IMG/VR virus record: IMGVR_UViG_3300032299_000267
Span: 1 to 61,459 of that record
From: a virus
Taxonomy: Duplodnaviria; Caudoviricetes
Direction: 5' to 3' (one strand)
DNA: 61,459 nt
A program made the position numbers and the translations under genes. Below are positions 27,416-38,262 of the stretch, piece after piece. Within the stretch, counting starts at the first letter, position 1; every line of letters starts with the position of its first letter. The notes under the pieces are model-generated. The model was not told the DNA's origin, did no database searches, and saw only the letters and a program-made list of their open reading frames with translations.

Positions 27416-30400
27416 ATGGCAAACGCATTTGACCAGTTTGACGTTGCAGAAAAGGCTGGCAATCCGTTTGACCAGTTTGATGCCGTAAGTAAGCAAGCCA
27501 AACGTGAGCGCACCATGGGCGAGACTGCCAAAGACATAGGCGCTGGTCTAGTGTCTGGCGCTGGCGCTCTTACACAATTACCTGGTCAAATCTACGGTCT
27601 AGCTACAGGCGACTTCTCTGATACTGGATTGACTAAAGTCGGGCGCGAGATGCGCGAGTACGGCGAGTCTATGAAGTCAGAGGAGTTAAAGCGCAGGGAG
27701 CTAGAGCGCACGGCAAAGATTGCTGAAGCCAGCAAAGAAGGTCAAGTATCTGCTGGTGTTACAGCATTCATGGAGACTATTAAAGATCCCGCTCTTCTAT
27801 CAAACTTTATTGCAGAACAAGCTCCCAACCTGATCCCCGGTCTTGCGGTCGCTCGTGGCCTGCGTCTTGCAGGTGCTGGAGCGAAGGCGGCTACAGCTGG
27901 TGCGGTAGGCACAGGTGCTACGCAACAGGGCGCGGATATAGGTGCTGGAGCATACGAACAGTTGTACAAAGAGATGATATCTAAAGGTGTGCCAGATGAA
28001 GAGGCTGCTGGTAAAGCATTAGGATACGCCCGCGCTACTGGTGCTGCCGCTACTGTCATATCTGCTTTAGCCCAAAGATTGCCCGGAGGTCGCGCAATTG
28101 AAGAAGCTATGGCTAAAGTGCCAGGCAAGGGCAGTCGTTTAATAGGCGCTGTCAAAGGCGGCGCTGGCGAGACGGTCAGCGAGATGATTGAAGAGGGCGG
28201 CGGCAAGGTAGCCCAAAACTTGGCTATGAAGCAGATCAAGCCAGAGCAAAGCCTGACAGAGGGTTTGGGTGAGACTATGGGTATGGCTGCTGTTGGTGGT
28301 CTTGGCCTCGGCACTGCTGCTGGACTATCCCGTCGCGCTCAATCAGAAACTATTCCACCTGAAAAACAGACCACTGAAGAACAGTTAAAGCCAGTTGAAG
28401 AAAAACAAATTCCGTTATTGTTAGAGGGTAAAGGCGCATTTGTTCCCGTCGGTTTGCCAGATGGCTCTGTCGCTATGACAAGAGAGGATTTAGCAAAGTA
28501 CGAAGAAGAGCAGTTTCAAAAAAAATACGAACCGCAACCTGTAGAGCGTAGGGGTGATTTTGAGGAACCTACGGCGGAAGAGGTGGAGCGTCCTGCTTTG
28601 ACGTATGGTGAGGCAACCCAAGAAGTTGAGTACCTCAAGCAACAACCAAAGTCACCAGAAGTGCAAGCAAGGATTCAAGAGCTTCAAGGCATCAAGATGG
28701 ACATGATCATGGATGGCATACGCCGCAGCCGCGAACCTGTTCGTCCAGAGCTTGTTGAGCTTAGAAATCAAATGGAATCTGGCATTATTGCAGAGGACGA
28801 GACTACTGAGTTTATAAACCAAGCTTTAGCAGATTTTCGTCGCGCCACCTTAAAGCTTGAAAAAATTCCAACAACAGAAGCGCAAGCGGAAGTTAAGGAG
28901 TTAATTAAAGAAGCAAACGGTCTAGACAAACAGATCCGTTCCTTGCGCGGCCCAGTAACAGATAGGGCTGACGATTTGAAAACTGCACTTAGGGGTAAGC
29001 TTTATCCTGGTGAAGTTATTGATATCAGTCCTGAGAAAACAGTTAAATACTTAGCCGCTAAAGAAGGCAAGGCATCTTATTTAATTGCTGATTTAGTTTC
29101 AGACGGAATTTTAGACAGATGGCTTCCAGAGGAGAATAGACATACATCTCCTATGTTTGATGCGCAAGTGGCAGAAGAATTTATAAAAGACTTATTGCGG
29201 ACAGAAGAAGCCCAAGATCCTCGAAACAAAATACTGCCGTTTGAAACGCAAGATCAGATTGATAAGTTAAGTCAAGATCTTTCCAATCTTGATACGCGAA
29301 TTCAAGAATTAAAATCACCAGAAATAGTGCAGGAAGCAGTAGGAGAAATTCCAATTGAGGAGCGTCGCGCAGAAATAGAGCAGCTCGCTCCACAAGAAGG
29401 GTTTGTAGGAATTCAGGAACCTTTACCAGCACCACCCGAAGAACAAGTAAAGGATAAAGACGAATATTATCCAGATAAATATTTGAGCATTGAACCGCAA
29501 CGTGGCGTAGAAAAAACACCATCGTTCCGTCGTGAGGCTGCAAAATTAATTAAAACATACAACACGAACGATAAAATGACTGCCGAATATGCAATGTCAG
29601 CTATTGGTCGCATATATGACAGAACTAAAACTGAAGAAAATATTAAGCCACGCCGTCGTGGAGCAACATGGATTCGTCGCAAACTCTTAGAAGCTGTTGA
29701 TGAAGGTGTATTAGATGAAAGGGCGCTTGATTTTGCTGAATGGCTAATTAAACAAAACCCTGCGTTAGTAGAAGATTTAGCTATAGCAGTTCAAACGGCT
29801 AAAGAAGGAAATGAGGCATCAGGAGGATACAATCCTTTTGGTAGGATGTTTACTTTGTTTAAAGGGCGGGCGTCAGAAAAAACTGCGGTGCATGAAATAC
29901 TGCATCACATGGAACGCATGATGCCTGAAAATGTCCAAGATGAAATACGTAAGCTGTGGATAAAGAACTTTATAAAAGCAAACAAAGAAGCTTCAAAAAG
30001 TACCAATGAAAACGTAAAAAGTTTTTTCAATACCCTTAACAACTATCACTTTGGTGGTGGCGCTCAATCAGAAACACAATTTAGATCAGCTTTGCAAATG
30101 ATTTCGGATGGCAAAGTTCCATCTCAATATTATCAGTACGCAAATGCTTCAGAGTTCTGGGCAGTAAATGCTACTGACATTATGTCTAAGCGTTTTGAGG
30201 CAAAGCAAGGTGTGATCAATAGCTTGCGTAATTGGTTAAGTGAGTTTGTGCAATACATAAAAGATGCGTTTGGCTTTACTTCTAATGCGCCAATTATTAA
30301 AGCTTTGGATAGCCTAATAAAAGGTGACGGTAAATTTAAGAGTCAGACTATGCTTGGAACTGCAACTACGTATGAAAGCATTGCTGGCAAAGCCAAAGAT

Positions 30401-33127
30401 ATAGCGCAGAAAGCTTTGCAGAAGCGCACCTTGCCTAAGAGCCAGTTCGACGGCGTGTCAGACGAATACTACGATGCACTTAAGCCAATCTTCGCCCCAG
30501 AAAAGAATACGATCATCGACAAGATTGAGGGTATGCAGAATGACTTCTGGAAAAAACTTGCGCAGGGCATAGCAGACCAGTACCGTTCCATCAAAGATAT
30601 ATCTGAAGATGCGTACATGAAAGCTCGCATGTCCAAGACTGTGGACGGTGCGCTAGAAGGCATTCTATTTAATGGAGAAGTTAAGCTGACTGACGGCGCT
30701 CTTGATATTGCCAAGGATACTAAAGGATTATTCAAGGCACTAGAACCTGTTGGGCAGGAAGTAGATCGCTATCAGATATGGGTTGCTCTAAACCGTGATG
30801 CACAACTGGTTGCACAAGGCAAAGCACCATCTGTAAGTAAAGATATTGTTCGCCGCCGCAATGAATTAGCGCAAGGAAAGATTGGAGATAAATCTAGGCT
30901 TGATGTTTACCGACAAGTACAAAAGGATATGAACAAATTAAACCGTTCTGTTCTTGGTGTTGCTTACAAGCAAGGAATTATTGATAGAACTGCGTATAAA
31001 GTTTACGCCCGCGATATCAACTACATTCCGTTCTACAAGGTGATGGATGAGAATGGCGACGTTCAGGCGGCAGCAACTAAGTCGGGGTTGGTTAACCAAT
31101 ACTTTTCTAAAGCGCTAAAGGGTGGAGAGAAGCCTTTCGGCGATCTAATGGAGAACACTTTGCGCAACTGGAGTCATATCCTGTCTGCGTCCATGAAGAA
31201 CGAAGCTGCTAATGCCACCATCCGTGCGGCGCTAGATTTAGATGCAGCATTTCCTAACTTAAAAGTTGGGTTGGATTGGCGTGATGGGAAGGTGTATAGC
31301 GCAAAGACAGGTCAGTTGGTAGGTGACGGCAAATTAAAGCCTGAGTACACCACTAGCGGCAAGGGCACTATCAAAACAATGATCAATGGTACCCCAGCAT
31401 ACTTTGACGTTAAAGAACCATTGTTGCTTGAGTCCATCATGTCTATTGGCTACATGGGGCCTAAGTCTAAGTTCTTGGATGTTGCTCGTAACTTTAAAAA
31501 CATGCTGCAATTTGGTGTAACGCTGTCTCCGGCATTTAAAATTCGTAACTTATTCCGTGATTCTATATCCGCTATGGCGGTTACAGATTTAAAGAGAAAT
31601 CCATTTGCGAATGTAATTGACAACTGGGCTTCTACTGATAAAAATAATCCTGCGCATATATCCGCTCTTGCTGGCGGAGCTATCTTTAATTTTGGATCTG
31701 CTTACGAAGGTGACCAGGCTAAATTAATTAAAAGGTTATTAGACAGCGGTGTGCGCGGAGATACTATTTTAGACAGCGAAAAGAAAATAAAAGCTGGTTT
31801 ACTAAAAGCTTGGAACAAGTATCAGGAATACGGTAACAAGTCAGAAGCTGCTAACCGCATGGCTCTGTACAACCAACTTAAAGAAACAGTTAATCCAGAA
31901 ACAGGTAAAAATTACACTCATTTGGAAGCGTCCTTTTATGCCAGGGATATGCTAGATTTCTCTATGCAAGGCGCGTGGCCTGCGTTCCGTTTGGTCACTC
32001 AAGTAGTGCCATTCTTAAACGCCCGTGTGCAAGGGCTGTACAAGCTTGGCAGGGACGGCATCATTCCTACTAGCAGGGTTATATACAACACTATTACTGG
32101 CAAGCCTGACGAATCTACCAAGTCAGACAAAAAACGCGCAGAACAATTCAGTATTGTTATGGGTGCTGTAGCTCTAGCTTCTTTGATGCTGTACATGGCA
32201 TTCAAAGATGATGAAGAGTTTAAGAAACGCGAACAATGGGACAGGGATAACTTCTGGTGGTTCAAACTGCCAGGCATGGATGCAGCGTTCCGTGTACCTA
32301 AGCCATTTGAGATTGGTGCTTTAGGCACGGTTGCCGAGCGCGTTGCAGAGCAGATAATGGATCAAGGTGTAGAAGGTAAAGTTTTTGGACAAAGCTTATC
32401 CCGCATGATGACGGATACATTTGCCATCAACCCAACGCCACAGATATTTAAGCCATTGATTGATCTTTACTCTAATAAAGACAGCTTCACCGGCGCGCCT
32501 ATTGAGACAGCAGGAATGGAAAGACTTTCCAAGGCTGAACGCATAGCGGATAGGACAAGTCCTTTGGCAATAGCTTTATCCCAGGTATCTAACGTATTCC
32601 TGCCTGAGTCTATGGAAGTCTCACCAGTACAAGCTGATTACACAATTAAGGCGTATTTTGGCTGGCTAGGCGGTACTATATCTTCCGCATCACACTACGC
32701 CGTTATGCCGTTTTCTAAGTCCGCATACCCAGATGCTAACTGGACTGAAACTATGTCTATGGGATTTATTAAAACTCTACCGGCTACGCAGTCTAAGTAT
32801 GTGACTGCCTTCTACGAAAACAACAAAGAGATTAGCCAGGCTTATGCTGACATGCGGCACTTTGCGCAGCTAGGTCAGGCGGATAAAGTGCAGGAGATCT
32901 TGAAGGAGAAGGGCGACAAGATTGCTATGGCTAAGTTTTATGACAATGCTTCTAAAGATATGTCAAAGATGCGCCAAGCTATTCAAGCCATACGTAACGA
33001 CGAGAATATGTCTGGCGCTCAGAAGAAGGAAGAGATTGACCGCATGAAGGTTTTGATTGGAGAGGTTGCCAAACAAATGGAAGAAGCAAGGCTTATGGTT
33101 AAGAAGCAGTACGCAGCCTCTCAATAG
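27416..33127 (+). CDS. Very large ejection/polyvalent protein with C-terminal LPD38-like region
   Basis: 1903 aa; HEILH motif (zincin-like); PFLNARVQGL...RVPKPFEIG C-terminal region; last gene of the + strand virion module. Confidence 0.7.
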   Translation: MANAFDQFDVAEKAGNPFDQFDAVSKQAKRERTMGETAKDIGAGLVSGAGALTQLPGQIYGLATGDFSDTGLTKVGREMREYGESMKSEELKRRELERTAKIAEASKEGQVSAGVTAFMETIKDPALLSNFIAEQAPNLIPGLAVARGLRLAGAGAKAATAGAVGTGATQQGADIGAGAYEQLYKEMISKGVPDEEAAGKALGYARATGAAATVISALAQRLPGGRAIEEAMAKVPGKGSRLIGAVKGGAGETVSEMIEEGGGKVAQNLAMKQIKPEQSLTEGLGETMGMAAVGGLGLGTAAGLSRRAQSETIPPEKQTTEEQLKPVEEKQIPLLLEGKGAFVPVGLPDGSVAMTREDLAKYEEEQFQKKYEPQPVERRGDFEEPTAEEVERPALTYGEATQEVEYLKQQPKSPEVQARIQELQGIKMDMIMDGIRRSREPVRPELVELRNQMESGIIAEDETTEFINQALADFRRATLKLEKIPTTEAQAEVKELIKEANGLDKQIRSLRGPVTDRADDLKTALRGKLYPGEVIDISPEKTVKYLAAKEGKASYLIADLVSDGILDRWLPEENRHTSPMFDAQVAEEFIKDLLRTEEAQDPRNKILPFETQDQIDKLSQDLSNLDTRIQELKSPEIVQEAVGEIPIEERRAEIEQLAPQEGFVGIQEPLPAPPEEQVKDKDEYYPDKYLSIEPQRGVEKTPSFRREAAKLIKTYNTNDKMTAEYAMSAIGRIYDRTKTEENIKPRRRGATWIRRKLLEAVDEGVLDERALDFAEWLIKQNPALVEDLAIAVQTAKEGNEASGGYNPFGRMFTLFKGRASEKTAVHEILHHMERMMPENVQDEIRKLWIKNFIKANKEASKSTNENVKSFFNTLNNYHFGGGAQSETQFRSALQMISDGKVPSQYYQYANASEFWAVNATDIMSKRFEAKQGVINSLRNWLSEFVQYIKDAFGFTSNAPIIKALDSLIKGDGKFKSQTMLGTATTYESIAGKAKDIAQKALQKRTLPKSQFDGVSDEYYDALKPIFAPEKNTIIDKIEGMQNDFWKKLAQGIADQYRSIKDISEDAYMKARMSKTVDGALEGILFNGEVKLTDGALDIAKDTKGLFKALEPVGQEVDRYQIWVALNRDAQLVAQGKAPSVSKDIVRRRNELAQGKIGDKSRLDVYRQVQKDMNKLNRSVLGVAYKQGIIDRTAYKVYARDINYIPFYKVMDENGDVQAAATKSGLVNQYFSKALKGGEKPFGDLMENTLRNWSHILSASMKNEAANATIRAALDLDAAFPNLKVGLDWRDGKVYSAKTGQLVGDGKLKPEYTTSGKGTIKTMINGTPAYFDVKEPLLLESIMSIGYMGPKSKFLDVARNFKNMLQFGVTLSPAFKIRNLFRDSISAMAVTDLKRNPFANVIDNWASTDKNNPAHISALAGGAIFNFGSAYEGDQAKLIKRLLDSGVRGDTILDSEKKIKAGLLKAWNKYQEYGNKSEAANRMALYNQLKETVNPETGKNYTHLEASFYARDMLDFSMQGAWPAFRLVTQVVPFLNARVQGLYKLGRDGIIPTSRVIYNTITGKPDESTKSDKKRAEQFSIVMGAVALASLMLYMAFKDDEEFKKREQWDRDNFWWFKLPGMDAAFRVPKPFEIGALGTVAERVAEQIMDQGVEGKVFGQSLSRMMTDTFAINPTPQIFKPLIDLYSNKDSFTGAPIETAGMERLSKAERIADRTSPLAIALSQVSNVFLPESMEVSPVQADYTIKAYFGWLGGTISSASHYAVMPFSKSAYPDANWTETMSMGFIKTLPATQSKYVTAFYENNKEISQAYADMRHFAQLGQADKVQEILKEKGDKIAMAKFYDNASKDMSKMRQAIQAIRNDENMSGAQKKEEIDRMKVLIGEVAKQMEEARLMVKKQYAASQ

Positions 33128-33383
33128 TCATTGCCATGAGATCCCACTCTGAAAGTTTATACCGTGTATAGAATCCCCTGCTACCTAACCCATGGTAACC
33201 TGACTTTCCAACATGGTGTTCTGGACACAGGGGGATCACCAGCCAATCTGATGCCCGCTGCGCCCCACCCACTGCGTCGCGGGGATGGTGGAGAACGGCA
33301 GGGGAATACCCGTTCCCAAGGTGGTGACACATCACGCACCCTATGCCAGCTACTTCGTTCATATACTCTTTAACTGTCTTCAC
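33099..33383 (-). CDS. Ref/DUF968-like His-Cys nuclease
   Basis: GCVMC...LHH...VIPLCPEHH...GYH. Confidence 0.7.
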   Translation of the reverse strand: MKTVKEYMNEVAGIGCVMCHHLGNGYSPAVLHHPRDAVGGAQRASDWLVIPLCPEHHVGKSGYHGLGSRGFYTRYKLSEWDLMAMTIERLRTAS

Positions 33384-33567
33384 GAAATCTCTTTGGTAGT
33401 TTGTAGGTTTTATCCCAAGTTTCCTGTGGGATTTCTATAGACGAAAACTTGTGGTCGCATTCCCTGCATACACGCTGGCGTTGCACAAAGTCAAACGTGT
33501 CTGTTATGTCTCTGTACTTGCGCGTGTCTGTAACTTTGGTCGGACTATCGCACAATGGGCACCACAT
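33370..33567 (-). CDS. NrdR-N-like zinc-ribbon protein
   Basis: MWCPLC..TKVTDTR...RQRVCRECDHKFSSIE. Confidence 0.7.
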   Translation of the reverse strand: MWCPLCDSPTKVTDTRKYRDITDTFDFVQRQRVCRECDHKFSSIEIPQETWDKTYKLPKRFREDS

Positions 33568-33703
33568 TCTTTTTCCTCGCTTCTATCTTAGCTAAACATT
33601 CCTTACAAACCCAGCGTGGGCTGCCCCTAGTTTGCTTCATCCCGCCGCCGTCCAATGGTTTAAACGTGTTGCAGTAGGCGCAGTATTTACGGTCGTAGTT
33701 CAT
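33545..33703 (-). CDS. Small zinc-finger protein (52 aa, below cutoff)
   Basis: Hand translation: MNYDRKYCAYCNTFKPL...WVCKECLAK. Confidence 0.55.
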   Translation of the reverse strand: MNYDRKYCAYCNTFKPLDGGGMKQTRGSPRWVCKECLAKIEARKKNVVPIVR

Positions 33704-33731
33704 TCGTTTTCGCCATAGACTCATTTAAGTA

Positions 33732-34649
33732 TTATTTTGTTTCTAACAAAATATCCGCAGCGCGTTTAATGTTTTCCCAAGAATCGTACCGAGGACTATA
33801 CCCAAATTGCTCTGCTGTACGATTTAAAGAATAGTAAAAAGGCTTTAGTCCTGTTGGCATAACAAATGTAGGATCAGTTATTTCAAACCTCATTCCATAA
33901 TCACGCTGCATGTAATCTAATAACGTATTTTTAGTAATAAGTCCCCGTGTGTAACAGTCCAATGCGCCGTTAGCCCCTGGCGAGATAAGTATTTGCGTCA
34001 ACAGATGCCCCAAATCTTCTGGCCCTATAAAGTCTCGCGTAGGGTTCATCATATTCACAGGCATGACTTCGCTGTTCTTAACTGAACGAATCATATTCAT
34101 CGCCATGAAGTTCAAATTAATATCCTGTGTGCCGCTGATGTAATTAAACACACGCACATCCACTATGTTTTTGTCTCGCAGCGTGCGATGCCTAACCTCT
34201 GCTTGATGCTTGGCTAAACCATAATAGTGTTGTGGTTGTGGGCTAGTTGGAAACGTAACTTTTGTATCCAGCCCCGCAGGCGCAATATCAAACGCGTCAC
34301 CATACGCTGCTCCACTACTAATAAAAATGTATTTGGTGTTAGGGCGTCGCAAAAACCGCAGTGCGAGCTGGTCGTATTTATTAGTAATGGAGAATATCTC
34401 AGCGCCCATCGCTGTTATTTTAGATGGATCACCCATACCTACAAAATTAATCACCGCATCTACATACCACTGCACATCATTCAGTAAATGGCAGCCATAT
34501 GATAGGTATTCGCGCAACCCTGTCTCTCGCATAAACGCATCAACTTCTGTTGGTTTACGAGAAAACAACAACAACGCGTGGTTATCTTGCAGCTGTAAAA
34601 TAAAATCTTTAGCAAGCTGACTTGTCGCGCCTAGTATTGCAATTCTCAT
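33732..34649 (-). CDS. NAD-dependent epimerase/dehydratase (SDR)
   Basis: MRIAILGATSQLA, ISSGAAYG, YGLAK (YxxxK), RDFI; ATGA coupling fixes start at 34649. Confidence 0.88.
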   Translation of the reverse strand: MRIAILGATSQLAKDFILQLQDNHALLLFSRKPTEVDAFMRETGLREYLSYGCHLLNDVQWYVDAVINFVGMGDPSKITAMGAEIFSITNKYDQLALRFLRRPNTKYIFISSGAAYGDAFDIAPAGLDTKVTFPTSPQPQHYYGLAKHQAEVRHRTLRDKNIVDVRVFNYISGTQDINLNFMAMNMIRSVKNSEVMPVNMMNPTRDFIGPEDLGHLLTQILISPGANGALDCYTRGLITKNTLLDYMQRDYGMRFEITDPTFVMPTGLKPFYYSLNRTAEQFGYSPRYDSWENIKRAADILLETK

Positions 34650-35488
34650 AGACCACCTGCCCTTAACATTTCTTCTGTCGTACCAACCATGCCGCATACT
34701 TTATGGTCGAGTGCTTTTATATTTACATAACAATCCGCTTCCTTTAACCAACTACCAAATCCTCCATCTTCTAAGTGATCCTCTATAGAAATAATATTTT
34801 TATGATCACTTTGTTCTAACTGCATAGCTTTGTATTTCATGCCCCACAAAGGTATGGTGTATTGCTTTGCGTATGGGTATATGCGTGTAGCTATAGATGC
34901 TGCGGTTCCTGTCGTTACTATTGTGCGGTCTGAGTCGTCAACTTCTTTATCAACGCGCACCCACTTGCCAGGCCATACGACAGGAATATCTTTGTGTATC
35001 TCAGGCTCACCGCCTCTACCCAAACGCAGATAGCTAGGCTGTGGACACTCAATAAGGTAGCGCATACACGCGCTAGTTTCGTTGTCATCGCATGGCGCAG
35101 CAATCAACATGTTAGGCATCGAGCGCATCAACGCATAGTCCTGCACCGTATGGTGTGAGTAGCCCATAGCACCGTATGCCAGACCACCACCAACTGATAC
35201 CACAGTCACAGGTAGGTTGTGATAGTCAACATCGTTTCTAATCTGCTCTGCGCATCTAAATGTAGAGAAGTTGCCGATGCTATAGACAAACACATGATAG
35301 CCCTCTGCTGCCATGCCAGCGGCCATGCCCATCATGTTCTGCTCTGCTACACCGGCGTTGATGAAATTGTTAGGGAAGCGTTTAGCAAACTCCTCAACAA
35401 CACCCCAACCCAAGTCACCTGTGATTAGCATAATGGGTCTGCCTAATACAACGCCAGCAGTTAGTTGTTCCATGAATGACTTACGCAT
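34646..35488 (-). CDS. Transketolase-like, C-terminal (pyrimidine-binding) subunit
   Basis: NAGVAEQNMMGMAAGMA, RCAEQIRND, GYSHH, IEDH..GGFG. Confidence 0.92.
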   Translation of the reverse strand: MRKSFMEQLTAGVVLGRPIMLITGDLGWGVVEEFAKRFPNNFINAGVAEQNMMGMAAGMAAEGYHVFVYSIGNFSTFRCAEQIRNDVDYHNLPVTVVSVGGGLAYGAMGYSHHTVQDYALMRSMPNMLIAAPCDDNETSACMRYLIECPQPSYLRLGRGGEPEIHKDIPVVWPGKWVRVDKEVDDSDRTIVTTGTAASIATRIYPYAKQYTIPLWGMKYKAMQLEQSDHKNIISIEDHLEDGGFGSWLKEADCYVNIKALDHKVCGMVGTTEEMLRAGGL

Positions 35489-36242
35489 CTTGCACCTCCT
35501 TGATTGCTTGCTCTAACTCTGCATCAGTTGGCGTCTTGTAATGCCACTCAACCTTGTCTTCCATGAAAGACACGCCTTTGCCTTTAGTTGTCTCGGCGAT
35601 AATTGCGCGTGGTGCGTTATGCCAATACGCAAAATCTTTCGCCAGTTTTTTAACGTCATGCCCATCTTGATACGATGCGCCCCAACCAAACGCGTTGAGT
35701 TTTGCTTTCAAGTCGCGCAGGTCTAGCGTTTCTTCTACCGTGGTAATGCTTTGCAGATTGTTATTGTCGATGATTGCAATTAAGTTTTCTAACTTATGGT
35801 GTGCGGCAAACTGTATTGCTTCCCAGTTGCTGCCCTCTTGCATCTCACCGTCAGACATAATCACATACACACGGCCTTCTCTTTTCTGTAGCTGCCATGC
35901 CTTAGCTATACCCACACCAAACGGCAACCCATGACCAAGCGATCCTGTTGAGAAGTGAACGCCTGGTACTTTATGGCTTACGTGGTGCATAAGCACTGAT
36001 CCTGACTGACCATACGACTCTAAGTCTAGGTTAATACCTGAGTGTTTTAATGCTGCGTATAACGCTACAGTAGCGTGCCCTTTGGACAAGATTACTTTGT
36101 CCTCTGGTTTTAACACGCCGCCGTATAGCGCAGCCAATATATCAGCAATAGATAGCGCCGACCCGATGTGCGCAGCCTTCGCACGATGCACCATTTTTAA
36201 ACTATCTATTCGTATATATTTTGCAAGTTGTTGTGCTGTCAT
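35481..36242 (-). CDS. Transketolase-like, N-terminal TPP-binding subunit
   Basis: HIGSALS, LSKGH, TGSLGHG, SDGEMQEGSNWEA, TKGKGVSFME. Confidence 0.92.
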   Translation of the reverse strand: MTAQQLAKYIRIDSLKMVHRAKAAHIGSALSIADILAALYGGVLKPEDKVILSKGHATVALYAALKHSGINLDLESYGQSGSVLMHHVSHKVPGVHFSTGSLGHGLPFGVGIAKAWQLQKREGRVYVIMSDGEMQEGSNWEAIQFAAHHKLENLIAIIDNNNLQSITTVEETLDLRDLKAKLNAFGWGASYQDGHDVKKLAKDFAYWHNAPRAIIAETTKGKGVSFMEDKVEWHYKTPTDAELEQAIKEVQDA

Positions 36243-37474
36243 TTCAATGTACTCATAAATTTCTTAATGGTATCTGCCACGTAGGTCAACATCTCGCGGG
36301 TGAGAGCAGGTTGCACACCTACCCAGAACGTGTTGTTCATAACCTCGTCTGTCTTCTCTAGGCTGCCGTGGATGCGGTAGTTCTGACCCTTTAAGAATGG
36401 CTGCTTGGTAGCGTTGCCAGCAAAAACTAGCCGCGTTCCAATCTGGTGTTCGTTCAAATACCAAGTCAGCTCATCCCTCTTGAACTTGGCTCGCGGCGAT
36501 ACAGTCATAGGGAATCCAAACCACGAAGGCCACGCATCAGGATAGATAGTAGGAAACCACAAATCCTGCTGATCTATCAAAGCTGATTGCAGAAACTTGT
36601 AGTTGTCCCTGCGCATCTGAACAAACCTTTCCAGTTGTTCTAGCTGCCCTAACCCACAGGCTGCCTGCATCTCCGTAATCTTCATGTTGTAGCCTACGTG
36701 CGTGAAGACATACTTGTGGTCATAGCCGTCAGGAAGACCATCGAACTTCTGACAAAACCGCTGCTTGCAAGTGTTGTCCTTACCAGGCTCGCACCAGCAG
36801 TCACGACCCCAGTCACGGAATGATTCGACTAGTCTAGTCAGCTTGGTGTTGTTAATTACTACCGCCCCGCCTTCACCCATCGTAATGTGATGGGCTGGGA
36901 AGAATGACAGCGTAGCCAAGTCGCCGAATGTGCCTACCTTCTGTCCTTTCCACTCGGCACCCAGAGCGTCGCAGCAGTCCTCTATCAGCCACAGGTTGTA
37001 CTTCTTAGCCACCTCTACCACCGCATCCACGTTGAACGGATTGCCTAGTGTGTGCGCCAAAAAGATAGCCTTGGTCTTGCTGGTGATGGCGTTCTCTAGT
37101 TCCTTGGTGCAGATGTTCAGCGTCGAATTAACATCTAGAAATACTGGCACCGCGCCCAACTGGAGGATCGGGTTGATCGTAGTAGGGAAGCCGCAGGCAA
37201 CAGAGATAACCTCGTCGCCCTTCTTGATAGCCCTATCCCCCAACTTCGGGGATGTGAGAGCTGAGAAGGCAACAAGGTTAGCAGAGCTGCCTGAGTTGAC
37301 CGTGCGTACAGCCTTACACCCAAGATACTTGGTCAAGCCATCCTCGAACCAGCGGTTGTATTGGCCAGCAGTGAGCCAGCCCTTATCCACTGCATCGTGC
37401 ATGTAGTCCTTCTCGCGATCCCCTATCACCTGCCCAGAGGCAGGGATAAAGGTTTCTCCTGGGATAAAACTCAT
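36239..37474 (-). CDS. rfbH: CDP-4-keto-6-deoxyglucose 3-dehydrase (RfbH/DdhC-like, DegT fold)
   Basis: NSGSSANL, EDCCDALG, SFFPAHHITMGEGG (His in place of the catalytic Lys), WGRDCWCEPGKDNTC, YDHKY; start 37474 by ATGA coupling. Confidence 0.9.
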   Translation of the reverse strand: MSFIPGETFIPASGQVIGDREKDYMHDAVDKGWLTAGQYNRWFEDGLTKYLGCKAVRTVNSGSSANLVAFSALTSPKLGDRAIKKGDEVISVACGFPTTINPILQLGAVPVFLDVNSTLNICTKELENAITSKTKAIFLAHTLGNPFNVDAVVEVAKKYNLWLIEDCCDALGAEWKGQKVGTFGDLATLSFFPAHHITMGEGGAVVINNTKLTRLVESFRDWGRDCWCEPGKDNTCKQRFCQKFDGLPDGYDHKYVFTHVGYNMKITEMQAACGLGQLEQLERFVQMRRDNYKFLQSALIDQQDLWFPTIYPDAWPSWFGFPMTVSPRAKFKRDELTWYLNEHQIGTRLVFAGNATKQPFLKGQNYRIHGSLEKTDEVMNNTFWVGVQPALTREMLTYVADTIKKFMSTLK

Positions 37475-38253
37475 ACTGGCGTGCCTTGTGGTTGTGTCAT
37501 TTGTACGTACTGCTCTGGCTGAGGAGTCAAACTGCCATCGAACATGTGTGTGCCGATATGTGCAAGCTTGACCCAAGGCGCTGCCCATACAGTGCCGCCA
37601 CACTTCTCGCGCCATTCTTTGCAGAAGTGGTAGTCCTCAGACAGCAGACGTTCGCCCATAGGCTCGATGCTAGTGGCAAAGAACTCAGAGATACGCTCAT
37701 TACCAATGTTGCCGCCCAAATCGTGCGTGTCATTGATGTAGCTAGGCACTTTATCTTTTAGCTTTTCAAACACCTCGCGCTTGATTAACATAAAACCTGT
37801 GCCACCATTCCAAATCTCTGTCGGCGCGTTGAAATCTACCTGCACTTGCTCGGCATAATTCATAAGGTTCACCACGAATGATCCAGAGAAAATACGGAGC
37901 TGGTCTGCTGGCACACCTGCTTGCGCTGCTCTATGAATTTGCGGCCAGTTAATTTCTTTCTTCGGGTAAATGCCACAGATGATTGGCTTGTCAGCCAAAA
38001 TCATAGGCAGCACATCTTTAGGATCAAAACGGATATCAGCATCTATAAACATCAGGTGCGTAAAGTCTGTCTTCAAAAACCCATGCACCAATGCATTACG
38101 TGCGCGCTGGATCAATGATTCGTTAAACAAAAAACTAACGGCTGTATCAATCTTGTTTTCACGCAAGCTATTTTGCAGAGTTATCAAAGATTGAGTGTAG
38201 TAGCCGTAGCACAGGCCGCCGTACATGGGGGTTGCGATGAATAGTTTTGCCAT
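37471..38253 (-). CDS. Glycosyltransferase-like (GT-A)
   Basis: IATPMYGG, ESLIQRARN, FIDAD, GTGFMLIKR, SEDYHFC. Confidence 0.75.
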   Translation of the reverse strand: MAKLFIATPMYGGLCYGYYTQSLITLQNSLRENKIDTAVSFLFNESLIQRARNALVHGFLKTDFTHLMFIDADIRFDPKDVLPMILADKPIICGIYPKKEINWPQIHRAAQAGVPADQLRIFSGSFVVNLMNYAEQVQVDFNAPTEIWNGGTGFMLIKREVFEKLKDKVPSYINDTHDLGGNIGNERISEFFATSIEPMGERLLSEDYHFCKEWREKCGGTVWAAPWVKLAHIGTHMFDGSLTPQPEQYVQMTQPQGTPV

Positions 38254-38262
38254 TTGTTTCTC

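Noticed and set aside
20467-32328. Antisense ORFs of 70-190 aa within the large virion genes
   Set aside because: Shadow frames of G/A/T-biased coding sequence, with no RBS or recognisable motifs.
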